Sequence record: MN563784.1
Reading direction: 5' to 3' (one strand)
DNA: 64,000 nt
Shown here: in pieces, positions 29,396 to 39,136 of the stretch
Layout of the letters: the number at the start of each line of letters is the position of its first letter
Numbering within the stretch: the first letter of the stretch is position 1
Program-made: the position numbers and the translations under genes
The notes under the pieces: model-generated
Databases searched by the model: none
What the model was told of the DNA's origin: nothing
The model's input: the letters and a program-made list of their open reading frames with translations, nothing else

Positions 29396-30190
29396 ATGGT
29401 TAGTATTTATATTGTCATTATACTCATGGCTATGCTAGCTGCATTGACATGTGGTAATTTGGTAGATAGCTGGGTAAGGCCAGCTATTCTAAAGTGGTTA
29501 AATGATGATGTCGCTATTCATTTCACCAATGCTACCTGGATGGTTGGGGGGATCCCTAATAGTGTTCCAATGCAACTAGGTAAAGCTGTTTGGTTACCCA
29601 AATACGTGGGTGACGGAATACGTCTTTATATCACGGCTGATGAAATAAAATTTGGATGGAATGGTAAAGAAAAAGATGCTTTAGCACGAGCCATTGTTGA
29701 AGTTATCTTTATTGGTAAAAATCCAAATAGTAAACTTCTTGAAGTAAGTATTAAACCTATTTGGTTACACCCTTCTATCCAAAAAGAAAGTTTCTATTTA
29801 ATGTTTGATTGGGAAAAGCTTTATACAAAAAATGAAGAGATGCGTATTTGTTGGAAGACAATACGTCACACTTTTTTCTATGGATTCCTAGGTTTGCTAT
29901 TTGGCGGTAGTGCCAATGCAGATAACCTTGTATTAACTGAACGTGGATGTGACCAATATGAAGCAATGGTGAGAACTATTGCATCTAAAGCTTATATTGG
30001 ATTAGATCCAGTTATGGGTAGGGAATTCATTATTAATGATCCTGATATGTTAAATGCCCGTGAGAAAGCACAACGTAATACCCGTATCATTATCGATATG
30101 GTGGAAACTGGACAAGAACCCAAAGACATTGCATTATGGATGAATACTCAATGTAAACAAGAAGCAGTGTCAAATTTAATCAAACAGTAA
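29396..30190 (+). CDS. TM-anchored protein fused to a second signal-like segment and two-Cys domain
   Basis: N-terminal TM; internal FFYGFLGLLFGGSANA then RGC...TQC. Confidence 0.75.
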   Translation: MVSIYIVIILMAMLAALTCGNLVDSWVRPAILKWLNDDVAIHFTNATWMVGGIPNSVPMQLGKAVWLPKYVGDGIRLYITADEIKFGWNGKEKDALARAIVEVIFIGKNPNSKLLEVSIKPIWLHPSIQKESFYLMFDWEKLYTKNEEMRICWKTIRHTFFYGFLGLLFGGSANADNLVLTERGCDQYEAMVRTIASKAYIGLDPVMGREFIINDPDMLNAREKAQRNTRIIIDMVETGQEPKDIALWMNTQCKQEAVSNLIKQ

Positions 30191-30203
30191 AAAAGGCATA
30201 GAT

Positions 30204-30587
30204 ATGAAAAGAAATTTTGAAGATGATCACGTGGTAATGGCAGTGGAAGTATATGAGAAACTGAAAGAAGCTGCTGCTTATTCATTACACTCTTCTGAAA
30301 TTAGTAAGATCGAACGACATATGCGTAAGTTTAATCGTGTTCAACGCGATAAACATATTGAAAATATGCATATGGAAATGCTTGAGAAACGCGAGGCTAT
30401 TAGAAAAGCAAAATCTTTCTTTTCTCAAAATGCCGGTAAAATTGGTTGCGTAGTAGATAGGCTTGTCAAAGTATGTGAAGTGTATAAAATGGATAAGTCT
30501 ATGGTGGTTGTTGAGTTTCTCCAACATAAATCTAAAATTAAAGTTCCAGTAAATCCTGAAAAAATTACTATTCTTACCATTAAATAA
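30204..30587 (+). CDS. hypothetical protein, paralog of 5240 ORF
   Basis: See 5240. Confidence 0.8.
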   Translation: MKRNFEDDHVVMAVEVYEKLKEAAAYSLHSSEISKIERHMRKFNRVQRDKHIENMHMEMLEKREAIRKAKSFFSQNAGKIGCVVDRLVKVCEVYKMDKSMVVVEFLQHKSKIKVPVNPEKITILTIK

Positions 30588-30604
30588 ATGAAGAAGGATT
30601 TAAA

Positions 30605-31060
30605 ATGAAAAATGTAATTGCAGCAGCTTTCGCTGGTCTCATTGCCATTACCGGTATCATGTTCAATACCGCAATGGCTGAAATCAAGATTGGTAAAAAA
30701 GATGCTCAACTCACTGTGCAGTCGTGTGCAATGGTTGAAACCATTACTAAACAAGCTGTATTTCGAATGAGTGAAGGTCATAGCGCAGATGAAGTTGGTG
30801 TGCTTATGCTCAACAACTCTGCTAAACTCAAAGATGAGTTGGATACCAATAATTGGATTGCGTTAACATTCGTATTCAATAGTCTTAATAAAATCAATAA
30901 TGACCTTAACAGTAAAGAGATCCATGATTATATCCGTAGTCAAGGTTACAATGTGACTACTCCTAATCTGGCAGCTTTTATCAGCGGGTATTATGGCAAT
31001 TACTGCATGAAGCATATTGGTGAGAAATTCACTCACATGGTAATTGTTGAACTCATTTAA
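30605..31060 (+). CDS. predicted exported two-Cys helical protein
   Basis: Signal ending AMA; QSC...NYC. Confidence 0.8.
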   Translation: MKNVIAAAFAGLIAITGIMFNTAMAEIKIGKKDAQLTVQSCAMVETITKQAVFRMSEGHSADEVGVLMLNNSAKLKDELDTNNWIALTFVFNSLNKINNDLNSKEIHDYIRSQGYNVTTPNLAAFISGYYGNYCMKHIGEKFTHMVIVELI

Positions 31061-31092
31061 TTCATATCGAATACTTTCAAAAGGAAAATAGG

Positions 31093-31470
31093 ATGAAATA
31101 CGTCTTCTCGCTCATTATCACTATGGTAGCAATGTCGGTTAATGCACAACCCGTAACCGTGTCATCTTGCTACGTGCTGCACAGCTTGGCAAAGAATATG
31201 GTTCAATTCTACACTAATGGCGGTGAGCCATTGGAGATGTATGCAATACTGCAAGATGAACTATCCATTGCCATAGATAAAAACCAGAGTGATAAGGCAC
31301 TCGCTATTAATATCGCATTGGATAATGTCGATGTAATATACCAAAATCTCACTGATCCCGCACTTAAGCTTTTGGCAAAGAGCGAGGGAAGTGATCTTGG
31401 TGAGATGCTGACTGAAAAACTCAGTAATGGGTGTTTCAATATAGTCGGCGAGGAGTTGTATGATAACTAG
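31093..31470 (+). CDS. predicted exported two-Cys helical protein
   Basis: Signal ending VNA; SSC...NGC. Confidence 0.8.
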   Translation: MKYVFSLIITMVAMSVNAQPVTVSSCYVLHSLAKNMVQFYTNGGEPLEMYAILQDELSIAIDKNQSDKALAINIALDNVDVIYQNLTDPALKLLAKSEGSDLGEMLTEKLSNGCFNIVGEELYDN

Positions 31471-31699
31471 AATCATCCTAATTGTTGCATGGGTATGGGT
31501 AATCTCTCTTATGGGAATGATTACGTATGTTCTTTATGATACGTATCAATTTCGTAAGAAATTAGAAATGCCTGTTGTAGAATGGGAAGATAAGGCGAAG
31601 GACACTCCTGTTAAGAAGTGTCCAGATGAAGTATTATTCGCTGAAGACCCAAAGGATGGCAAACTCAAAATGGGATGCCCTGAGAGTTATAAGAAATAA
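31460..31699 (+). CDS. TM-anchored small protein with two Cys
   Basis: IILIVAWVWVISLMGMITYVLY; GAGGAG RBS. Confidence 0.75.
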   Translation: MITRIILIVAWVWVISLMGMITYVLYDTYQFRKKLEMPVVEWEDKAKDTPVKKCPDEVLFAEDPKDGKLKMGCPESYKK

Positions 31700-31781
31700 T
31701 TAGAGGACCTTCGGGTCCTCTTTTTAACCGACTGGACGGTTAAAACTAGGTGGGATAAATTAAACTATTTGAGGAAATCTA

Positions 31782-31889
31782 ATGCAACTTAGTAATGAAC
31801 TTTTCTATGTGGGTATGGTAGCTGTATCAATGTCAATCGGTATGCTATTTAGCTATATTTATCACACTCATAAGAAAAAATATAAATAA
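31782..31889 (+). CDS. 35-aa membrane peptide (not in ORF track)
   Basis: [35 protein letters not shown]; GAGG RBS; terminator follows. Confidence 0.6.
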   Translation: MQLSNELFYVGMVAVSMSIGMLFSYIYHTHKKKYK

Positions 31890-31992
31890 AGTCATAAACC
31901 CTCTCCCAAAGGAGAGGGCTTTTACATTAAATTTTTTTTGAAATCTATATTACACTAATACAACATTAAACTATTAAATAGGTAATTAAAAA

Positions 31993-32367
31993 ATGAATGA
32001 AAATATTAAACGCTCATTTATTGGTATGCCACTGTCTATCAATATTGGTAAAGATATTGATTTATCAATGTATGAACGAATTGTATTTGTATCACAAGTA
32101 GATAAAAATGATATAAAATACTTTGTTTATAAATTAAATAAATCCAAATTTAAACATGAACCAAATGTAGTTAATTACGCCGAAACAGATAAGGATATTA
32201 TTATTTATCCCCCGCTTGATTTCATTCAGACAATTAATGAATATTATCGAGTATCATTGGAAAATGAATTTATGTGTCATCCTGTTATTCTAAAAGCAGA
32301 TGATAGTAATAATCAAGAAGTATTTTTGAAAACTATTAAAATGGTACATGAGTATGTCGATGAATAA
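31993..32367 (+). CDS. hypothetical early protein
   Basis: After TATATTAC at 31946. Confidence 0.75.
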   Translation: MNENIKRSFIGMPLSINIGKDIDLSMYERIVFVSQVDKNDIKYFVYKLNKSKFKHEPNVVNYAETDKDIIIYPPLDFIQTINEYYRVSLENEFMCHPVILKADDSNNQEVFLKTIKMVHEYVDE

Positions 32368-32815
32368 CTGCGCATTTATTAATTTAAGGCAACGTTTAGT
32401 TAATGATAAACTAACCTATGTGATTCATCCCATAGTGAAGGTTTATGATTTCACTAGAAAGGCTATTAGACAATTAACTGATTTTGCTATTTTAGATAGT
32501 TATAACTTCCCAGAGGAAACTTCCAATATTAGTGTTCAGCCAACTATCACAGATGATACTAATAATAGAAATTCTTTGATACATCTTGGGGTTATAGAAG
32601 AGCCTGATTTTGGACCAACTAGATTATACGCCATCTTAGATAGAGAAATCAAAGATGATTCTAATCTAATTGAAACAACTGATGATGGCTGGTATACATT
32701 GGATGAGTTAATTCTAGTTGAAGACGATATGGATGAATTCGCGCGACTTATTGTTCAGTACTTGCGAACTATTCCGAGGAAGCCACAATGGTTAACTTCG
32801 ACAAAAGATGTTTAG
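32348..32815 (+). CDS. hypothetical protein
   Basis: Overlapping ORF; weak NUDIX-like C-terminus. Confidence 0.7.
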   Translation: MSMSMNNCAFINLRQRLVNDKLTYVIHPIVKVYDFTRKAIRQLTDFAILDSYNFPEETSNISVQPTITDDTNNRNSLIHLGVIEEPDFGPTRLYAILDREIKDDSNLIETTDDGWYTLDELILVEDDMDEFARLIVQYLRTIPRKPQWLTSTKDV

Positions 32816-33018
32816 AAATAGAGCCTAATCAGTTAGGTTATGTATTTACAAAGATCGGTTGGGAAATATGTGTTACTATTGGCATACGACATATATGTGC
32901 TAAAACCTATTATACAGTGTATTCACTTAATGATAAATGCATTTATTACATTGAGCATTCAGCGCAATTTACTAAACGCATAAAACCAAACTATATACAA
33001 AGGTTTCATGTTCTATGA
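32788..33018 (+). CDS. hypothetical protein
   Basis: GAGG RBS. Confidence 0.6.
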   Translation: MVNFDKRCLEIEPNQLGYVFTKIGWEICVTIGIRHICAKTYYTVYSLNDKCIYYIEHSAQFTKRIKPNYIQRFHVL

Positions 33019-33701
33019 TCAATACAACCGATAAAACTATAGTTGGTATAGGATTTGAAACAAAGGTTTCAGATTCACCGATTGAACAACCTGTAAAGAA
33101 AACTAAGACTCCTAAGATAAATAAACAAAAAGAATGGGAGAAAGTAGATGATCCGAGAGAATATACAAAAGAGGAACAAACTTCTCTCTTTGTAAATTGG
33201 CTTCAAAGCACACGTAATTACTGGCATAAACAGTATACCGATACTCAAAATACAGATAAGGCACTATCTATCAGAGATATGCTTGATGGATTTATATATA
33301 GCATCGCAGCTGGCCTAGATGGCAATGATCCAAATATACCCGGATTCAAACTTATACCTAATGTTACTCAAGAGGATATTGACTACCTAATAAGTATTGG
33401 TGAGAATTATTGGCCAGTAAACCCAGTTGAAAATTTAAAAGATAATATCCGTGCAAAGTGTGATGCAGTTGATATTTCTGGTAATCTACGTTATCAAGTT
33501 TCTAAGACATTTACGGAACCTTTCAAAGGACCACATGCACTATTGAACCATTTCCTTAGTTTAGCAGGTGAGAAACCTGTTAAGTATTACTCGGGTAATT
33601 TTACGCAAGAGCAACTTGCTATGTTAGTAGAAAAAGCTAAAGAAAAAGCGGAAAAGATACAATCACAAATAGCTGATGATATCAGTCGAATAATGCGTTA
33701 A
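33015..33701 (+). CDS. hypothetical protein, tandem paralog of 33746
   Basis: LDGNDPNIPGFKLIP vs LDGNNDDCPAFHLIP. Confidence 0.85.
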   Translation: MINTTDKTIVGIGFETKVSDSPIEQPVKKTKTPKINKQKEWEKVDDPREYTKEEQTSLFVNWLQSTRNYWHKQYTDTQNTDKALSIRDMLDGFIYSIAAGLDGNDPNIPGFKLIPNVTQEDIDYLISIGENYWPVNPVENLKDNIRAKCDAVDISGNLRYQVSKTFTEPFKGPHALLNHFLSLAGEKPVKYYSGNFTQEQLAMLVEKAKEKAEKIQSQIADDISRIMR

Positions 33702-33745
33702 TGAACTAATAAATTTATAAGCTACTGATAACAAGGTATGTAATT

Positions 33746-34120
33746 ATGATCTATTTTGAAGGCGATGGTAATGTTAAACCTGTAACACAGGAACAAGTTA
33801 AAGAACTATTTATTAGTAGTGTTGTCAATATGCGTGATAATGCTATCAATAACTCTAAACTTGATCAATTTACAGAGCCAGCTGATCGGGACAGGGCTGT
33901 AGCAGATAGTGTCATTACAGGCATGCTAGATATACTAGATGGCAATAATGACGATTGCCCAGCGTTTCATTTAATTCCAGCAGTTGGTGAGGAAGAATAT
34001 TTAGCGGCTGTAGAAGCAGGTGCTGATTATATCCCTTATGATGATGGTAGTGATAATTATCAACCATTAGATTTAGCTGGTGAACTACGAGATTATTTTA
34101 TCTTTGTTAATAGGGGTTAA
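33746..34120 (+). CDS. hypothetical protein, tandem paralog of 33015
   Basis: As above. Confidence 0.85.
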   Translation: MIYFEGDGNVKPVTQEQVKELFISSVVNMRDNAINNSKLDQFTEPADRDRAVADSVITGMLDILDGNNDDCPAFHLIPAVGEEEYLAAVEAGADYIPYDDGSDNYQPLDLAGELRDYFIFVNRG

Positions 34121-34122
34121 TA

Positions 34123-34557
34123 ATGGCTGATATAGTAATTGCACTAATCCTGTCAGCAATTATTGTTTATCTAATTAATATTTTTAAACACCCAAAAATA
34201 ATTTATGCCAATAGTGTAAATGATAATGTCTTCATTGTTACTGGTTGCTCTTATATATCTGAAAATAATGAAGATGGTACATTAACAACTTTTTCACCTA
34301 AATTAAATAATAGGTTAATAATTGATTTAACTAAAGGTCAACCCAATAAAGACTTTTATATTTCAGTATTAGATAACACACTTAAATTCCATCACACTGT
34401 TGATGAAATCATCACAGCTAATAAATGGGAAGCTTTATTTAAAATTAGCATAACCAAAGAGGATGTGTGTATCTCAGGAATGTCTCTTAAAAATAAACAC
34501 ATTAAATGTAATTTACACTGGGTTATAGTACCAGGTAAAATGGCGAATAAATTGTAA
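34123..34557 (+). CDS. TM-anchored beta-rich protein
   Basis: IVIALILSAIIVYLINIF. Confidence 0.75.
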   Translation: MADIVIALILSAIIVYLINIFKHPKIIYANSVNDNVFIVTGCSYISENNEDGTLTTFSPKLNNRLIIDLTKGQPNKDFYISVLDNTLKFHHTVDEIITANKWEALFKISITKEDVCISGMSLKNKHIKCNLHWVIVPGKMANKL

Positions 34558-34601
34558 TAGTTATTATATTGCCCTCCCATTGCGGGAGGGCTTATATTTT
34601 A

Positions 34602-34648
34602 TTTTTTTGTATTTAAAGCATTTTAAACAGTATATTACAAATGTGATA
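34602..34648 (+). promoter_or_regulatory. early promoter
   Basis: ttttttgtatttaaagcattttaaacag-TATATTAC (34631-38)-aaatgtgata. Confidence 0.8.
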
Positions 34649-34681
34649 AAACTATCTAAATTTCAAATAGGTAAATCAATT

Positions 34682-35041
34682 ATGTTGGATTATGCTTTGG
34701 AAAAGTGTCGCGAGATCCCTTATGTAAAACATCGTCAACGTGTTTATTCAGTCATTACTGATAAGCGTGGCAGGATTATTAGTGAAAGCCAAAATATGTA
34801 TGGTAAAACACATCCTGTTCAGAAACGTTATTCTCTAAAAGCAGGATTGTCTGATCTACGTTGTGAGATGCATAGTGAGTTGCGTTCTATCATCCTCTCC
34901 AAAGGAAAAGGATATAGGATCTATGTTGCGCGGGTCGGTGCTGATGGCAGGCCATTGGATGCGTATCCGTGCCCCACTTGTCAGATGGCGATTAATGACC
35001 ATGGTAAATTAAAAGAGGTAATTGTATCTATTGGTAAATAA
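34682..35041 (+). CDS. Zn-dependent cytidine/dCMP deaminase-fold protein
   Basis: HSE and PCPTC; start moved to 34682 because 34580 lies upstream of the promoter. Confidence 0.8.
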   Translation: MLDYALEKCREIPYVKHRQRVYSVITDKRGRIISESQNMYGKTHPVQKRYSLKAGLSDLRCEMHSELRSIILSKGKGYRIYVARVGADGRPLDAYPCPTCQMAINDHGKLKEVIVSIGK

Positions 35042-35094
35042 TAAACCATCAAAACGCGTATTAAAATTTATTTAACTCACGGGGAACTGATACG

Positions 35095-35439
35095 ATGACT
35101 CTTGGTATTTCAAAATCTCTTTTGGAAAATGCAATCAAAACTCTTCAAATAGAAACTGGCAATTGCTCTATTCCGACCAAAAATGAAATTCATGCAATGT
35201 TGGTTGAACGGCAAGCCAATGAAGTCTGTGCGGGTATTCGGAGAAAGATGCTTGAAGACCTACCTGGTTTCAACAACTTCCATTTTATTCGCAGTTATGA
35301 AATTGTTGTCGAACATAAGGATGAAATTGCTCCATCTGTAATGAAGGTTGTTAAAGCACGATTGCGTGAAGCGGGCTGGAGAAAAGTCGAGTTCGGTGAG
35401 CACGATTGCGGTATTACAAAGATTAGGATTAAGCTATGA
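35095..35439 (+). CDS. hypothetical protein, 1361/1921 family
   Basis: IPTKNEI...VVKARLREAGWRKVEF...KIRIKL. Confidence 0.75.
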   Translation: MTLGISKSLLENAIKTLQIETGNCSIPTKNEIHAMLVERQANEVCAGIRRKMLEDLPGFNNFHFIRSYEIVVEHKDEIAPSVMKVVKARLREAGWRKVEFGEHDCGITKIRIKL

Positions 35440-35858
35440 AAAATACACGCTTAGTTGAAGTTGCTGAACATGCATATTGCCTGATTGGTGGACTTCCTAA
35501 ACCAGAAGAAATGGATGAAGCAGAAAAAGAGTATTGGGCATCTGTACCAAGTGAGGATATTAAATTAGCTTCATATTGGAAAATGGTTCAACCACCACTA
35601 TATGCCCTAGTGATGAAATATAGTGGAATTGATTACGAAAGATTTTATCCTTATCCTGGTGGTCCTTCTCTTAACACTGACGAGCTAAAGACTTTCAGGC
35701 TCAATGATATCGATGAAGGTGCGCTTATTTGGCGTGATGTCTGCATTACTTGGTATAAACGACCAGGACGGTGTATGTGTGTTTCACGCGACATCGCAGA
35801 TGATGAACTCGTGCAACTTGAACAGGAACTCATTAAAGCTATCGCAAAACCGAAATAA
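35436..35858 (+). CDS. conserved phage hypothetical protein
   Basis: ITWYKRPGR motif; ATGA overlap. Confidence 0.8.
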   Translation: MKNTRLVEVAEHAYCLIGGLPKPEEMDEAEKEYWASVPSEDIKLASYWKMVQPPLYALVMKYSGIDYERFYPYPGGPSLNTDELKTFRLNDIDEGALIWRDVCITWYKRPGRCMCVSRDIADDELVQLEQELIKAIAKPK

Positions 35859-35909
35859 CTTATAAAAGAAGTTTAACAGATTTTTAATCCAACTAAAAGG
35901 AAATTGTAA

Positions 35910-36143
35910 ATGCAACATGTAACTGTAAAAACTATGAACTCTGGACTGAAAGTCATTGATCTGGATGGTATCCGACTCAAAGACAAAAATATTATCCAGC
36001 TACGTTCTATTATGAATCACGATGCAGCAAAGCAATCGTCAGCTTTTATGCATCACGATAGCCAGTTCAATAATGTACGTATTGAATTTTGGCGCGAACC
36101 ATCAGCGCGAATTATCTCGCTGATTAAAGATGCGGTCGCATGA
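35910..36143 (+). CDS. hypothetical protein
   Basis: AAGGA RBS. Confidence 0.7.
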   Translation: MQHVTVKTMNSGLKVIDLDGIRLKDKNIIQLRSIMNHDAAKQSSAFMHHDSQFNNVRIEFWREPSARIISLIKDAVA

Positions 36144-36170
36144 CCGCTTTCTTTTAAGAAGGTAACTAAT

Positions 36171-36449
36171 ATGTCTATCTCTGATGTAGTATATGAAGCC
36201 GCTGTCAAAAGTGGTGTTAGTCTTGAACACCTTGGTAAAGAAGAGCCTATTCTAAAAATTCGCTCTGTTAAAGAAAGTGATGGATGGGATATCATCCTCT
36301 ATTATCCTGGTAAGATTACCAAGACTGTGAAACTACTATCAAGCGATGTAGCTGGGTCAGATGCATCAAAGTTTATTGAACATGTATTTGGAGATGTTCA
36401 ATTTGCTAAAGAAGCAGTACGCAATGCTGAAGGCATTGTAATAAAATAA
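36171..36449 (+). CDS. hypothetical protein
   Basis: AAGGT RBS. Confidence 0.75.
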   Translation: MSISDVVYEAAVKSGVSLEHLGKEEPILKIRSVKESDGWDIILYYPGKITKTVKLLSSDVAGSDASKFIEHVFGDVQFAKEAVRNAEGIVIK

Positions 36450-36475
36450 TCAATCTGGAAAAAAAGGAAATATAA

Positions 36476-36895
36476 ATGTATATTGATGAAAAGTACTGGG
36501 CTCATTCTGTAAAAGCTATGGATAACAAACATCCAGTTTTGATGAATGTGCATGGTCTTCATTGGTGTTCACCGTCTTTGGTTAATTGGAGCCTAACTGC
36601 CGTCAAACGCGATGGATCACTTTCATCAAAAGAAGTGTTTGATATCACTAGCAAATATGCCAGCCATCTCATTGATCATGAAGTTAAAATCGTTAATGAT
36701 CAATTGGTCTACCTGATCAAAAATAATCTGATTAGTGGCATTACTGAGCTTGATGATGGTTTCTTTGTATTTGCAAATATTGATGGCGAGTCATGGTCCA
36801 TGCATGTTGTAATTGAATGCTTGATGGAACATGAAGAAAATTGGGAAAAACTCGCTGCCGTTAAGTGCAATGAGTTGACCATTTCTGCATTCTAA
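36476..36895 (+). CDS. hypothetical protein
   Basis: AAGGA RBS; terminator follows. Confidence 0.8.
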   Translation: MYIDEKYWAHSVKAMDNKHPVLMNVHGLHWCSPSLVNWSLTAVKRDGSLSSKEVFDITSKYASHLIDHEVKIVNDQLVYLIKNNLISGITELDDGFFVFANIDGESWSMHVVIECLMEHEENWEKLAAVKCNELTISAF

Positions 36896-36973
36896 TTAAT
36901 TATGAAAATGGGGGTCTAAAGACCCCCTATCTATTTAATAGAATGAAACTAATCTTAATAATGGTGAATACTA

Positions 36974-37270
36974 ATGAATAAATATTACCATTTGAAGAAA
37001 CAGAAGGATGCTACATGGACAATTGAATTTCTAGGAAAGATGCGTAATTTTAAATTCAACCATGTAACTAAACAGAATAATAGCTGGGTTAGCATGGGTA
37101 TTGAAGGTTATCCAGCACTTAAATTTAACTGTGATGGATTTGGTAGATTAGAAAGTATTCAACCCATTGATGATGATTTAACCATCGATGAAATATTTAT
37201 TCCACGTAAACATTCTGTTTCACAGTGTATCGATATAACAACACTTTACATAGGTGGTCAATGTGACTGA
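36974..37270 (+). CDS. hypothetical protein
   Basis: GGTG RBS. Confidence 0.7.
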   Translation: MNKYYHLKKQKDATWTIEFLGKMRNFKFNHVTKQNNSWVSMGIEGYPALKFNCDGFGRLESIQPIDDDLTIDEIFIPRKHSVSQCIDITTLYIGGQCD

Positions 37271-37700
37271 GATAATATTAGTTATTTTATCATTGTTTGT
37301 TCTTTCAGTCATAACCGGCTATTGTATAACCCGGTTAGAGAAAACCGAAGATATAGCCTATTATGTTAAATCAATTACGTATTACTTAGGTGAATCCGGT
37401 GATACATTTTTTAATAGTGAACCCAAAGTAATACAGCTGGATAACCCTGTAAAACTAGTTTTCACTAATGAACCAGTTCAAATAAAAACACTTTATTTAG
37501 ACCTAGATAAGAAAGAATTATATCTTAATCATCCCGAACATGCTTGTATTGTAATGCGTGTTATTTTCTTTTTAAATTATCATAACCAGAAAAAACTCAT
37601 CGGTTATTCAGATGAGTACTATCATGACAATGAGTATGTTGATAGTGAGTTTGATATGGTCATAAAGAAAATTAGTGTAGAATGCTATAAAGGTTTATAA
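37254..37700 (+). CDS. TM-anchored beta-rich protein
   Basis: IILVILSLFVLSVITGYCI; AGGTGG RBS. Confidence 0.75.
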   Translation: MVNVTEIILVILSLFVLSVITGYCITRLEKTEDIAYYVKSITYYLGESGDTFFNSEPKVIQLDNPVKLVFTNEPVQIKTLYLDLDKKELYLNHPEHACIVMRVIFFLNYHNQKKLIGYSDEYYHDNEYVDSEFDMVIKKISVECYKGL

Positions 37701-37736
37701 TGGTCAATTTTATAGACCATCAATCAGGAGTTAATA

Positions 37737-38168
37737 ATGAGTGTTCTACAACAGCTAGGAAGTTTCCCAGTATATAAGAAAACTAATGGTGAAACTCGAT
37801 TTCTATTAGACCATGATGTTGCTATCAGCATGGTTACAACTGAGCAAGGTAGTTTTATGACTGCCCCACTAAAAACAGATGGGGTAAAGTTCAATCTATC
37901 TGAAGTCTTTGGTGATTATAAAAAATTCGATAATGTGATTGTAGATAAACTCTACTATCGTGATTTATCTGGTAAAATGCAGTCTAAAAAAGTACCAACT
38001 ATCCCACAGCTTTATAAAGACATGACTGTATTTAAAAGTGGGTATACCACTAAAATAAATAACCTTCGCTGGGGTTATTGTGTAACTATTAAAAATGATG
38101 GTACAGCTAAAATTTGGACAGATTCTAATAGTCCTATTTGTGGTGTGTCAATTCGTTTCACAATGTAA
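37737..38168 (+). CDS. hypothetical protein
   Basis: AGGAG RBS; terminator 38179-96. Confidence 0.8.
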   Translation: MSVLQQLGSFPVYKKTNGETRFLLDHDVAISMVTTEQGSFMTAPLKTDGVKFNLSEVFGDYKKFDNVIVDKLYYRDLSGKMQSKKVPTIPQLYKDMTVFKSGYTTKINNLRWGYCVTIKNDGTAKIWTDSNSPICGVSIRFTM

Positions 38169-38230
38169 CGTCATAATGGCCTCCCTTCGGGGAGGCTTTT
38201 ATATCCCTTTATATAAACAGGTATATTCAA

Positions 38231-38533
38231 ATGAAAATGAATAATAAGGTAATTGACTCGGCGTCGTATATGTTGGCTAATACCGATAAGTTCATTAGTA
38301 CTGTATTCGCTGGTGAAGACCGGTATATTGAGTCCTGTACTGGGCTCATTAGCGCACATGGTGATAAGGTGGAGCAGTACCGTAATGGTTGGGAAGAGGC
38401 TGGATTAGACTTTAATAAAGCACAAATAATCTATCTTCTAACCTATACTAAACTACTAGGTGATACTCCTAAGTATATGTCTAATCAATGGGTGATTGAC
38501 AACTATTCTAAATACAGTGAACTATTGCCATAA
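38231..38533 (+). CDS. conserved phage hypothetical protein
   Basis: LLTYTKLLGDTPK motif. Confidence 0.75.
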   Translation: MKMNNKVIDSASYMLANTDKFISTVFAGEDRYIESCTGLISAHGDKVEQYRNGWEEAGLDFNKAQIIYLLTYTKLLGDTPKYMSNQWVIDNYSKYSELLP

Positions 38534-38616
38534 TGCATAAATGGTTTATTATAAGTAAATTTAAAAATATATAATAACCATGCTAAGTTAGATAATCATT
38601 ATTTGAGGTACTCAAA

Positions 38617-38769
38617 ATGGAAGGAATCAAATATGTAGCACTGTTTTTGATTATAGCTATTTTAAGTAGTACATTAGTTGGTATTAATAAAATTATTAGT
38701 ATAGGTGATATCGATGGATATAGATCAGAAAAAGAAAGAATCACCGAAATTCAATCCCATCATAAATAG
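38617..38769 (+). CDS. 50-aa TM/exported peptide (not in ORF track)
   Basis: MEGIKYVALFLIIAILSSTLVGINK...; GAGGT RBS. Confidence 0.6.
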   Translation: MEGIKYVALFLIIAILSSTLVGINKIISIGDIDGYRSEKERITEIQSHHK

Positions 38770-38825
38770 TATCTTTAACAAGTCATGGTTAACTGAAGAT
38801 AAAAGTGGTAAAGAGGTAAAAAGAA

Positions 38826-39128
38826 ATGAGTACAACAGTGAGCTGTCTAGCAAACGTGCTAGCTAATGGTATTAGTCTTATCGCTAAGAATAAAGTTCAA
38901 GTAGGTATGATTCTACAAGCAACACAGGATATTTGGATCATGCGTACTTGTAAAAAGAATGGTTATTTAGAATGGAAGTTTGCTAATGAAGGTGATGACC
39001 TAACCGTATTAGGTGTTGATGAGGGTAATCCCGAAGGCGGCTTTAGAGTTTTAAATGCCGACAATTATAATCAAATTGAAACTGTACAATGTACAGATAT
39101 GGATGATATTCTTCACGCCTATAACTGA
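38826..39128 (+). CDS. SH3-like protein
   Basis: VQVGMIL...GDDLTVLGV. Confidence 0.7.
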   Translation: MSTTVSCLANVLANGISLIAKNKVQVGMILQATQDIWIMRTCKKNGYLEWKFANEGDDLTVLGVDEGNPEGGFRVLNADNYNQIETVQCTDMDDILHAYN

Positions 39129-39136
39129 GGTGATAT

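Noticed and set aside
34580-34681. N-terminal extension of the deaminase ORF
   Set aside because: Runs through a terminator tail and promoter; true start is 34682
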